From assembly GCA_037379345.1 (NCBI GenBank), contig CM074522.1, positions 26,226,001 through 26,290,000 of the forward strand: DNA of 64,000 bases. Reading direction: 5' to 3'. The stretch comes from Perna viridis (taxonomy: Eukaryota). Below are positions 1-12,067 of this stretch, piece by piece (the stretch's first letter is position 1; every line of letters begins with the position of its first letter). Under the pieces are notes generated by a model. The model worked only from the letters and a program-made list of their open reading frames with translations. It made no database searches and had not been told where the DNA came from. Made by a program: the position numbers and the translations under genes.

Positions 1-581
1 TATGGTAGTGTTGCACTTATTTTCTTATTTTATGTTGCCTATAATATACATTATTCTGGGTTTTTACGATGTTTTACCACATTTTTACAAAGACTGATAC
101 TTAAGTACTTCTCTGTCTAAGAATCAGGGACATGAAGAAAAATACAGAGATTTTATTGCATTATCCAAGTATTTATACCTCATAATCTCAACAAATTACT
201 GCCAAAGTGTTTGTAAAATTTGCCTTCTTAAGATATTGATAGGTCAAATTTATTTAATTGCACTATGGAAAAACAGCAGGAAAATTTCCCTCAAATTTTT
301 CCTTATATATACAGTTAAAAGATATCTATGTCAACAGATGCTTCAGGATAAATTTAAATTACTTTTCAGTTGTTTTCTAGATGTATTTGAGTATGTTTGA
401 GGCAAAAAAGACCAAATTGAGAAAAAAATGTACCACTCTTTGCCTGATTCTTACACCGAATGGTACTTTAATGGTAGAACTTCCTGGTGCCAAGCACTGG
501 CTTAATAGATTCATGTTTTGTTATATCAATAGGCCTTGTAATCACTTCATATTGAATTATCATATTATTTTTCTATTACAG

Positions 582-643
582 GATAATGCCAACAAACTTG
601 TCAACCTTGATATGCCACTTTACTGTGCTTGTCCTCATTGCAG
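582..643 (+). CDS. SMG8: SMG8 (NMD factor, SMG1 kinase regulator), internal coding exon; the gene starts upstream of the window
   Basis: Bounded by ttacag| and |gtatac. Reads DNANKLVNLDMPLYCACPHC-R, matching the SDMPLY segment of the SMG8 C-terminal domain. Phase 2 matches the next exon. Confidence 0.85.
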
Positions 644-1422
644 GTATACTGTTATTATTATTAGGTAAAATAGAAACAATAATAGTCTTGTTTCCTGCTA
701 CCAGCCAGAAAAAATAGGGTAGGTAGGTAGGAAATTATTTTATTTTTCAGTAACATTTTACATTGAGTTAATTGAGAAACAACCCAGACTTTAACAGTAC
801 TTGAGCCAAAATGGCTTTACAGTGTTTAAGGGTATGCACAAAAGCTAGGGTAGGTAGGGGAGCAGGAAACAGGCATATTATTTTTTTGCCTTATGGAGTA
901 TTTTGATTTGTTAATACCATGAGAGAAAAAAAATTATTTTGATCATGGACCTTTGAATTTATCAATTATACTACTTAACCATCATTTTTTTTTCTACAAA
1001 AAAAAGAATAAAATTATGTGAATTTTCCAACAATTGGAATTAATGCGCCAAACTAACAAATGTAATTTTTCCTAGGTTAAATTTCACTTGACAAAAGTAA
1101 CAATAAATAGTATTACGTATGTTGACAACCACTGATGTTCTGGGATGACAACATTAATTTTTGTTCTCATATCTTTGTTCAAGTTGTTCATAGTTCATTT
1201 GTCTGACCTGTCTGACATGACTGGCAAAATTGGGGACTGTCCAGCTTTTCAAGCATGAGTGCAGCACCCATGTGTAAAAGAGTTAAGATTTCTGTTATAT
1301 TGCTATATCACACAGGATTTTCAAAATTACCTTTAGGTAAGATAGAACATTTCTTTTTGTCAGACATAAGACAGATAGTCCGGAAATATTTTAATGAACT
1401 CTGCAACTAATTCTAATTTTAG

Positions 1423-1602
1423 ATCATCCAAAGGTTTTTTGGGTCAGCTGATGAGGCTATATATAGTAACACCTGAGGGGCCAGCTAGAATTACAGTCAA
1501 TCCTGTCATCCAACCAGCACCATCTCCTTGTCCACTGTTTTCTCTAGGTACAGAAGGACCAGTAGAACTCACACCTGGTGCCGTGTGGGCAGTTAGATTA
1601 CC
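1423..1602 (+). CDS. SMG8: SMG8 penultimate coding exon
   Basis: Acceptor ttttag|. Reads SSKGFLGQLMRLYIVTPEGPARITVNPVIQPAPSPCPLFSLGTEGPVELTPGAVWAVRLP, like the SMG8 QLMRL...QP.P.PCP.F...W.LR.P region (recalled from memory). Ends at the donor |GTATCCTT. Confidence 0.9.
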
Positions 1603-3196
1603 GTATCCTTAGATATGAGTACATTGAACTAGAATTAACTGATAATTCACCCCTAAGGTGCATAAGTTGTAATTACATGAATCTTTTAGGTATACTTCTG
1701 AAATATTTGACATTTTGCAATATTTTATTGGAAAATTAGTTGCTTATAAGCAAGACCCGTTGGTGTTATTATTTTGTACAGGTTAAAGTTATAAATGCTT
1801 CCAATTATCTGTACAAACATCTATGGAATGAGGTCTTTATGAGCCTGATGAAGTTTTAAAAAGGTTTTGAAGCACTCTGCATGTATAATTTTTAAATATA
1901 TAAGTGCTCAATAAACCAATTGAAGGATTTAAAGAACTTCTGTAGTGATGAAATTTATCCAGAAAGTTGTAATGCTAGTGGTATGCTATGCATATAAAGT
2001 TGATATTGCCTTGCCAAGAAAATAACATGAGTATTATAAATCTAGATCTTAATTGCTATGAAGTCTAGAGAAGGGGGTTAAAATCTCATTTCCTCTTTAG
2101 TTGGAAAATTTGTTGATTTTGTGCAAAATTTAGGCAAAAATGAACATATAATAGCCTGCAACCCCCACCCCCTTGTTTTAGCTAAACAGGCCAAAGGCCA
2201 AGTCAGCTGATGCCAACACTTGGTTTCAGTTGTCTGTTGTCATGAATTTTTCTTTGCAAATCATCTCTGAAATCACTCAGTGCAATATTATCAAAATTGG
2301 TCCAAAACCAGCATCTCTAGAATATGTACTTTTAATGTTGTGTTGATAATATAGGTAAAGCAAAAACATGACTGCAGTTACTATTATTAGACTTCTGGGG
2401 TCAAGCCACCAATTTCTACAGATATCTTGTTATTAAAGTTATTGTCCTTAAAATGTGAAAAAAAAATTTAGGGCAAGTTTTAGGGCAAGGTATCATGTGA
2501 TACAATCAGAAAAGTTTTGCGGTATCGTGTCTGTCCATCTGTCTGTCTGTCCTCTTCCCAGAGGTTTCCAGATGTTAAATTGAGAACAGATGAATTAATT
2601 GTTTTGAAACTCTATACAGTTGTTTAGTACTTTAAAATGCAGCTTTAATTTGTAGTTAAATCCATTCTAAATAAAAGTTTCGACTTGTGCTATATTTAAA
2701 TCCTACATTTATTTATATACATGTATAAACAACATAGCTGGGTATCATTTAATGCCACATTAGCTGCCCTATTTTTAGCCTATATCTTGAAAACTAAAAC
2801 AGACACAGACAATCTTTCATTTGATGAAATGATCCTTATGATAAGTCCAACTAAAGAGTACATTGGGTCAAAGATGTCAGACTAGGCCTTGTTAGAATTA
2901 TTGTCCTTGAAAGGCACCTGGAAGCCTCTAGCTTAAATTTCTGGACTGGCTCCTGTATAGTAATTGGTCAAAAGTCAATGATTGAGTGGTGCTGTACATA
3001 GGCTGATCAAATCCCTATTTTTATGTTTGAAACATTGGTTGAAGAAAAAACTGGAAGTCACTAGATCAGCAGCCCCCTTTCGGAATTTATGGATCCGCAT
3101 CTGCTGTATGTCTTTGTACAGGCATGGGAAGTGATACATTGGTTGAGATTATAATCCTGTAATATTTAAGGAGAATAATCCTTAACTAGTAAACAG
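1603..3196 (+). other. U12-type (minor spliceosome) GT-AG intron of SMG8
   Basis: 5' splice site GTATCCTT (1603-1610). Branch site TCCTTAAC (3179-3186) lies 10 nt before the end of the intron. No polypyrimidine tract. Splicing restores the reading frame. Confidence 0.88.
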
Positions 3197-3314
3197 ACAT
3201 ATATATTTAGGGGATCAAGGTGCTTATCTGATGCCAACGGAATCACAACATCTTTCACAGTGTCGGATGATGAAGGGAGTGTTTGGATACAAGGAGGTTA
3301 CACCAGAGTCATAG
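3197..3314 (+). CDS. SMG8: SMG8 terminal coding exon
   Basis: CC|A CAT ATA... gives PHIYLGDQGAYLMPTESQHLSQCRMMKGVFGYKEVTPES*, colinear with the SMG8 C-terminus. Stop TAG at 3312-3314. Candidate AATAAA at about 4082. Confidence 0.85.
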
Positions 3315-6289
3315 GGAACAGAAAAAAACTTTATAATTACTGATGCTGATAGTTGGTGTCTTTAACCACAATGATCCCTACAGCAAAGACTTACTGATAA
3401 ATTCTGGTTGTGTGGGTCTTTGTTTAAAACAGTAAGGTGAAACAACAGACTGAATTCAGCGACAGGCACAACCAAATACTGAAATGAACTAAACTTAACA
3501 TGTTTGAAGAAGATTTTAGTGTATGTATAAACACATACATTTTCTCTGCTACATATGGACAACAGATCAGTGCTGAAAATGTGTAGTAAGAAGGGAAACC
3601 ATCTTTGCAGAAAATAGAAAAAGTGCTAGAGGACTCTGTTCATGCAGTGAAAGAGTGTTTTGGGAAAATTATTGAATTACGGCAGTATTGTTAGGAATGA
3701 TTTTGTTGTTATATGCTTTCATGCATACTTTTCCTATTTTAAGTTTGATTTCAGATTTTTCTTATGGTTTGTTTTCTAAATTTATTATGTCTTAGCATAA
3801 CAAAACAGGGTATGGAACACCTGCAGATCAAACCCTCCTTTACTATAAATTTTAAATATAAATTATAAATTTTCATTTTTTTTTCCACAGAAACTTAAAT
3901 ATTGTCATGGCCTTTGATCTATCCCTATGGCTGCTTATTGCAATTATTCTCATAGACTTTATATTGTTATTGATTTTTTTTACATTAATATATGTACCTG
4001 TTGTCAAATATTGGTCTTTAATTTCTTTGTTGTTATCATTATGCATTTTGCTGAATTAGATAGCTATTTTGTTTGTAATTTAATAAAATGTCCCTTTCCT
4101 TTCTCAAAGAGGAGGCAATTTAGAATTTGACCATCTGTCCTTCGGTCTCAGCAGTCCTTTCCTTCAAAATTCTCAACAACTAGCCCAAATAATAGAGGAC
4201 TGTGTAGGATTGACCTAGTCCAAATCAAGAAAAGTGCACACTATTTCACTTGCCTGAATCAATGTTTTCTAGCTCCAGGCTTTGGGCTAGTAGCTAAAGG
4301 TGAGCACTTGGTCTGTATGGTTTTGACCACTTACATGTATTTGCCTGGATGATTTTAATGAAACTTGCACAGTTGAAAACTTTACCTAAATGAATGATAC
4401 ATGTTTACTTGTTGTAGTCAGAAGGAACATTGATGAAAAATGAAGAACCTTGAGTTTTCCTTTTTTTCCATGTATGCATGGTTTGAAAACCAGTTAATTT
4501 AATTTTTCCCAAGTTAGCCTGCTGAGTCTACTGAGCCTTTTCCTCCATCAAGTTTTCCTGTCAAGTAATTGTCAGCTAAACAATCTATATTGTTTACATA
4601 TATAAGGCATTTGTGTGGGTGGTTAAGCTTATAGCAGGCAGATTTCAGGTAAGGGGTATCATTAACAATTAAGGCATAGCAAAGCGATGAAAGGTAATTT
4701 TAGGGATGGATTTGGTGAAAAATGAAGGTTTTAGTAGGGTGTAAGTTGGGTCTGACCCCAATGAATAATAATTGTAAAATTTTAAGTACTGTAATGTGCC
4801 ATGGTAAAAAACTCCTGAAAGTATTGTGTGTTAGGGAATCACCTCTTGGTTTGTTTATGGGCTGGAACAAGAAGCTCAATTTGTAATAACAGGGGAGGAG
4901 TGAGAGAATCTATAGGTTAAGCATTTTCTAAAAAAATAAATCAGTACTCACTATGAAATAAGTTATTCAAAGTTAATTTGTTGGTTCTCTTACCATGTTT
5001 TTCTCATGAAAACCATGCAGGAAGGAAGGCCTTTCTTTTAACCTTTTTATATCCCCAATAATGATGTTTTTTATTTTATTTTTATGTGATGAAAACTCAA
5101 ATGAAATAAGAGAGGTCGTGAGAACAAAGAAATTATTTATGTGAGCCTTCTGGTTCTACACATTTATTCAAATTCGTTCTTAAGCACCTAGCATTTTTAT
5201 ACTGAGGGAGGAGGGGACTGGTATTATTTTAATGAAATAAAACTATTCTAAATTTGAGCCAATTTTTTTACTCAGACCTGGACAGAAAAAAATTATGATT
5301 CAATATTTCCCCCATTACTTAACAATGTTGATTTTCAAATAAAAATTTTTACTTCAACTGCTGCCAAAAAATAATTATTTTCATGCTTGTGGGTATTTTC
5401 TAACTCAACATTAAATTCCAGGCCTTCCCCCTCGAGAAGAAAATGGTCTTTGCTTAACATACAAATCAAAGGATTATTTCCTGTTCCCTTACTAGCTGTA
5501 TCCCTTTACAAATTCATTGGTGATTGCAATGATGTGTGTGGCAGAGGGCCTGCTCCCACCCTTATGCTTGAAAAGTTTGGTTGATCATATCGAAAACTGT
5601 GGAAATCACTGGAACTGGTCTTCTCTTACAGTCCAGTTAGCCCCCCTCCTTTTGGAATTTCTGGATCTGCCTTTTAAAATTTCACGTTAAACTGAACTTT
5701 TTCTTAGCACACAGCTATTTAAACCCATCAATGTTTTGAACAATAGTTAAATCACCATGCAATGGTTAAATTGTTTTATTTTAACTTAAGCTGAGCCTTA
5801 ATGGAATGTGTTTCTACTCCATTAAGGAAGGAAAAACGCCAGAAGTTTTATGGACTATTTACATTCTCAAGTGGTCGTTAACAAAAAACCACAAAAGACA
5901 GTTCTGTGATAATAAACATACCAGACATGCAAAGGAAACATTAATGGAAAATATCTGAATGAGCAGTTTTTTTTATTTTGTAAAGTCATGCAAAAAAGTT
6001 CATTAATACAAGGTACAATTCTACCGGATTGGCCATGGACTTAGGTGCATGTTCTGAGCTTGTCTTGTCCGTCTTGACATAAGGCATAATTAGTATAACT
6101 TATATCTAGCCCAGCTTGCAAAATTGGGTGCATTTTGTGATCTTTTTTTTTGTTTGGTGCTGGCTAAGTTTATTCGAAAGTTATTCAAAAGTAACAAGTC
6201 TTAGTTAGACCCCCTTACTCAAAAGTTCACCTGGTTTAATTTCTCTTGTGAAGATGAAAATCTATTATCGCGTTCGTTTATTGAGAGAT

Positions 6290-7130
6290 GAAACTGCGAT
6301 CTTTAAGTGACGTCTGGTGTACTTCAAAATACATTTGGTATTTGGTCCCGTACTGTTCTTTGTTTATATTAATGACTTCAATTAGATGAAACACACCACG
6401 CTAAGATTCTGTGTATGGTATCATAATGTACAAAACTATCAGAAATAAAAATGAGGAGGATCTATTACAAGAAGATCTAACAGCAGCAGCGGAATGGGAG
6501 AAAGACTGCCTTATGTCACTCCACCCCATGTTAAGTTCTCCAAGAAACAACAAAGACAAACCCAATATACTTAAAAAAAGACGTCTATACAAAATATTTG
6601 TGAAATTATAATTAAAATAAACGCGTAGATAACATCTCACTTTCAACACCGAAACATGTTATCTTCTTGAAACGAAACACTTACGAAAACCGTGAAGAAG
6701 AAAAGCCTACACTTCACTAGCCCGTCAAAAGCTAGATAACGGCTGCGTTTCGGACCCAGGTACAAAAACCAAAGAACGCCAGTGAGAAATGGTCCAACGC
6801 AGAGTAGCATGGTACTCCTGTAGCAGATATCATAATACCAGCTCTTTCACAAACCACGATTTAAACTGGCCAACACTTCAACTCCGACGAACTAAAACAC
6901 GAATAATCTTCTGCAAATTCATCCATCATCTAGTAGCCATCTACACACCAAACCTGCCTATACAATCCGACTCGCGTACCAGACAACATTCACATAGTTA
7001 TACAATCCAACAGAGAATGCAAATACTCTGTTTATACAAGATCATTTGTACAATGGAACCTCCTGTCTGCCACTGCAGTGCGGTGTACAACCCTTGACAG
7101 TTATAAAGAGCAGAATACAATACCTCTATC
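6290..7130 (+). mobile_element. Decayed CR1/L2-group LINE, 3' part of the reverse transcriptase
   Basis: Frameshifted remnants SGVLQ..GPVLFFVYIND, LQEDLTAAAEWEKD.LMSLHP, EMVQRRVAW..SRYHNTSS, LNWPTLQLRR are typical non-LTR RT C-terminal motifs. Confidence 0.8.
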
Positions 7131-8173
7131 TATAAACAATAAATATGTACATCAAGTCTTAAAAAATTTCAAAAAATAAATATCTGACATAAAAATGCTA
7201 ATGTCAAAATCTCATAAAAAAACAAGTCACTCTGTATAAAATTATTTATTTTGGAATGGTAAATTGATACGTTTTCAAAATTTGACGTCCATGCATGTAC
7301 GGCAAATAAACTTTTAAGATCTGTGTCCCGCACGTATGAAAGTATGCTGAATTTGAAAGGCTGACTTGTGTGGATAAATAAAACATTAACACTATGGAAT
7401 GCAAAACATAATTAACACAATAGAATTCAAAATATTATTGACACTATAGAATACAAAACATTATTAACACTATAAAATTCAAAATATTATTGACACTATA
7501 GAAAACAAAACATGTTATTTTTTTATATTTATTAAAGCACGGGCCTCATTGTATAACGAAGGAAGGCGGCGCTACAAATAATTTGTAACATGAATTGACA
7601 ACAACCATTAGTCAATAATTGACAAATGAGAGACATAGGAAAGGATAGCTCCTGTTATCGTTCCGCACGGAATCATTTTCGTCAGAGGCGAAGTTTATTT
7701 ATTCTAATGAGGTTTGATATTGCATGACTGTTTTCCAATAGAGTTCTGTGGGAAAACGTGAACTTTCATGCAATACCATACAAGATTTCCAATCAGAACA
7801 CACTTGGTCTTCCTCTCATATCTATTTGGGAAAAAGAACAAAGGAAAAAATCTCAATTCATGTTACAATAACACTAAAGCATTCAAAATATAATTGACAC
7901 AATAGAATACAAAAAATATTAACACCAGAGAATCAATATAAAATAAAAAAAAACATAATTAATATGAGGAAGGATGAACCTTAAACACTCTCGAAGAAAC
8001 ATTTGAATTCAAACACTTAAGTCCTGTCATAATTTTTTGTAATTGGTAAAATGTGTAATGATATACGGTTTTTATTGTCCTTGTGCATCCTACTATTGTC
8101 GTGATTTGAAAAATTGAGGACCGAAATGTCCAGCTTTGATAAGAACAGTGGGTTGTCTTGGTCCGAACTGTCC

Positions 8174-8424
8174 AAGAGTAATCCAGGGAACCAAGGATAT
8201 AGCGGTAATCAAAGGAATGTAATCCAGTGACATAGACCAGACATGGGAAACAGACAATGGCATACACAACAAAGAACACAAAGTAACTAAAATCATACAT
8301 ACAAAGTAACAAAAGCAAATGAGCAACTCGGACTCCACTAAAAACTGGGAGCATGGACTTGGTGCACCGGTAGGGTGAGCGTCCTCTGCTTTTCTAGAAA
8401 CACCCGCCGAGTTGCTCATAAAAG
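8174..8424 (-). mobile_element. Penelope-like (Naiad-type) element, 3' UTR fragment
   Basis: Reverse complement of 60690-60933. Shares the 3' end GATTACTCTT. Confidence 0.8.
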
Positions 8425-9924
8425 GTAGTATTGATTACGCCATTTTCGTAAATATTCGGGTTCCATGTTTTGACCATTCCTATGTTAGAAAAAGCTCAGA
8501 TTCGATATGTGTTTAATTATCGAATCTAGTTTATCATAGACTCGCGTGGTCCTCAATCGCATTTACCAAGTATAAGAAAATAAGGTTGCCATTATACTGT
8601 TTTAAGCTCCCGATTTCACATACACAAACCGGATGTTGATGGTTTTTCAGCCTATAAATATGCAGGACCCAGTTGATAATACAGCCATTTACGCTCCCTT
8701 CGGGGGCGTACTATAGGAACAAATCTCTTCCGTAGACCGATCACGAATATAACCCGGCACAGAAGACTGTATAGAATGCTAGAAGTTCGAATAAAATTAA
8801 TGTTCTTTGTTTTTAGTATTGACCATTTTGACAAGTACAAGGTCACTGTGTAAGGGTTTTTACCATTAATTGTTCTTTACTTACTTTGTGGTGAAGTGTG
8901 ATAACATTTAACCATGGCAACATCTCAATACATAAATGAAAAAAAAACAATAACGGCGTTCTTGAAGAAAAATGGAAAAATAGTGTATTATTGTAAAAAA
9001 TTCGTACTTTGTTGGCTTAGTGCATGGAATTGAAGGAAGGGATATATAGAATTGACAAAATATTTAACTGTACGATGGAAAAAAAAATCAACATATGCTT
9101 TTATATGTTTTAAATCATATGAAAAATATGTTTAGGACCGGTAAGATAAAAATATGTTTTGTGCTATTCAAAATATACGAAAGCATGTTTTCGATGAAAA
9201 TATACTCTTTTCATATTTGATATTCTGTTACAAAATCTTGTTTTTTTATTTAATTGCTTTTCATAAGTTAGTCAGAATCATAATTTGTTTTTCATATGTT
9301 TTTCATGGTGGCCAAAAACATATGATAAACATATGTTCAAAATATATGGAAAACATGTGTTGCATTTTTTCTGTGTAGATGGGAATACATCAAAAGGTGT
9401 GTGTGCAAAATCCTTGCTTAAAATATTTGTGAATATGAAACGATAAATCATAGGTTACCTGCAATATTGTTTGAAATAAGATTAAAAAAATGAATGTTAA
9501 TATGTATATTAGTGGGGCGAATCTTGAAGGGGGTCCAGGGTCGGACCCTCCTGGCCATTTTTGTTTGATGTTTTTGTTTATTTCGTACAATTTTTTGTCG
9601 GAAATAGGAGAAAATGGTAGCCTATCACCTCCAAAATCTCTTGATCCACCCATAGTAATAACTTTCCACAAACTAACTGAAAATATCACGTACATTCGTA
9701 GTTATATATTTTACCGTACATGTATATGCATATCCAAAAACTAGAAGCCCGATTTCGGATATAGCCTGCAGAAACAATCGTGAACTTGCACCGTACAAAC
9801 TTAAATGTAAGCATCATGCAATCGGGTGAAGGAATATGTATTTTACTAGCAATAATTTGACGACTGTAATGTTCGATAAAACCTCGTACAGGAATTTTAA
9901 CATGTAGCCCTCGGTCGTACACGT

Positions 9925-10004
9925 CGACTTCCGGGTGTTTCCGAAGGAACTGATCAGACTTATCATGTCCTAACTTAGTTATCACCTTGTAAATGCATTT
10001 TAAG
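9925..10004 (+). promoter_or_regulatory. Probable promoter and non-coding first exon of the small secreted-peptide gene
   Basis: CpG-rich patch with an ETS-like ACTTCCGG. Perfect donor AAG|GTAAGT at 10004/10005. The coding-exon acceptor is at 11847. The start position is approximate. Confidence 0.5.
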
Positions 10005-10744
10005 GTAAGTCATACATAGTTTTTTTTTATCGTTTTTTATTTGAAAAATGTTAAGTAGTTATAGACGGAATTCTACTACTGTCATTATGTAAATTATTGC
10101 GATGTTTCTATTATTACGAACAATGCGACTGGCTTTAAATCGTAATAATAAAAACTTGTGCGCTGTGGAATAATAAAATATCGTATGCGTTTTTTTTCTC
10201 AATGACACAAACATGATATCGCATTTTCGACTGAAGTACAAGAACAAAATGATTAATGCACGTAATAATTTCAAATTTACAATAAAATAAATATGCGAAA
10301 AAAAAATTGAATATGTAATTGAAAATGTGAGACGCCAGTAAATGGTAACAATAGTGTGACTAAAAAAAATATTCAAATAAATGAATACAAAAATAAATTG
10401 GAGAATTCCAACCTGATTGAGCAGGAGCGAGCATTCGGATAAACACTTATTTGCATTGCAGTATTCTATGGAGATTTGAAATGATATAAAATTACTTTTT
10501 CGTGTTGACTTTAATTTACTTATTTATTCATTTCATGTTGCATGCACAAAAATCCTTGAAACGACTTAAATTGTGTACATTTCATAATAGAAATACTCGA
10601 ATTCATTCATTCTGAAACATTGAATTATGTTGAATTAAAAAATATAAATATGTATATATACATATAACAATTGCCGTTTCCAAGATTAGTAGATTATTAG
10701 TATTTTGTGCTCTGTAATATGGCTTTGTACGTCAAAGACAGAAG

Positions 10745-10929
10745 ATAGAGTAAAACCTATCTAAATCGAGCCTCTGTCCACGGAACAATTTGATCCGTTT
10801 AGACAAGTGTTTTGTTAACACGGGTTCAATATGAATTGTAATTGTTATTATGGATTCTGAAAAGGAGTACGATTAATTATACATATTTCAACTTTATTAA
10901 GGGTTTCGGTTTATGTTGGTTTCACTGTA
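10745..10929. mobile_element. Tc1/pogo-type MITE family (TACAGTGAAACCT...AGGTTTCACTGTA), decayed; other copies near 11650-11800, 38400-38469, 40730-40798 and 44826-44975
   Basis: Recurrent cggtttagacaggtttcactgta terminus with the reverse-complement terminus and flanking TA. Confidence 0.55.
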
Positions 10930-11848
10930 TTTGAACATGTCTTAGTACAAAAAAAAATACATTTCATCAAATCGCACATTATACTTGAAAACACAAAACA
11001 TACCTACTATTCATTCTTAAGACAGGCCTTAGCTCGCTGAAATTTAACTCTAAATCCCCTTTAGCTTTTCAGTATATTCCAATGTTTCCATATCACTTTG
11101 GTTCTTCCCCAAATAGGACGTCATTGGTCAGCCAATGTTTATTTCCATGGGTTGTTTATGCTTCATTTATAAGGTTATAGGAATTAAGATTTAATAATAT
11201 GATTCACATCTTACACTTGACAGAGAACGAATAAATTTGAAAGCATGTACATTCTATTCGTTTTCAAAATAAATACAATTTGAAAACAAAAACAAAAATG
11301 AAACCCCAATTTTTTTAAACATTTTATTAATTGGTTTACATTACATTTTATCATTCAGAGTGTATTAATTTATCCCATTTACACTATTATATACTTTCAC
11401 ATTTAGATTATATTATAACATATCTAGCAATTGTTCCATTTAATCACTACGGGTGTGATATAACAACACCCGTTCTACATTCTGTTTTAATGACCTTTAC
11501 AAAATTTTCTGGTTCTTACCTTTAAATGATGTTTTTACAATCTTGAAAGCTAAAATCCGATTGGCTGATCAGAAAGAATATCTGAAAAGAAAATAGAAAG
11601 TGTCGTTTGTCTACTTCTAATAACGGCATAACCCGTCCAAATCTGTTTTGGGCTATTATAAAAAAACTGGGTCGGTTTAAACAGGCATTCGATTTACAAA
11701 GGGTCAATACGTTTAAATTGATATGAAAGGACTTTTAAAAGTGTCTGGTTTAGACAAGTTTTCGGATGATTCAGGGTTCAGTTTTGAAAGGTTTCACGGT
11801 TGATTGTAATTTGTGCTTCTCCATTAACATCACTTTGTCATTTACAGC

Positions 11849-12067
11849 ATGCGGATAGCTTTCTTGGCTGTCATATACTTAGGATCACTCCTGTTCCTGT
11901 CTTACTGTGGTAACGACCCAGCAGTAAAGGGATATGCCAAGAGAGTGCAGAAATTACAGCAACCCCCTCCTCGTCCACCCCGCCCAGAAAACGACGACCC
12001 GAAAGCATGGGAGGCCTATTGCCATTACCGTGATCAATACCAAAGACCTATGGCTGACTTTGAATGC
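11849..12067 (+). CDS. Small secreted peptide precursor, main coding exon (signal peptide, KR site, Pro-rich segment)
   Basis: Acceptor tttacag|C-ATG. Reads MRIAFLAVIYLGSLLFLSYC-GNDPAVKGYAKR-VQKLQQPPPRPPRPENDDPKAWEAYCHYRDQYQRPMADFEC. Strong phase-0 donor |GTAAGT. GC-rich relative to its flanks. Confidence 0.75.

Noticed and set aside
1394-1612. ORF-track stop after VRLPYP as the end of SMG8
   Set aside because: The stop lies inside a U12 donor, and the homologous C-terminus is encoded at 3197-3314.
1849-1870. CTGATGA hammerhead-like core
   Set aside because: No stem II and no GAAA follow it.
7959-8419. Recurrent ORFs MSNSAGVSRKAEDA... and MLPVFSGVRVAH... (also at 21607, 39490, 39524, 52050, 60759, 61840)
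   Set aside because: They are translations of the non-coding 3' UTR of the Penelope-like repeat in several frames, not a gene family.
9064-9380. Possible long-TIR AT-rich element
   Set aside because: The inverted similarity is too degenerate and low-complexity to define ends or a TSD.
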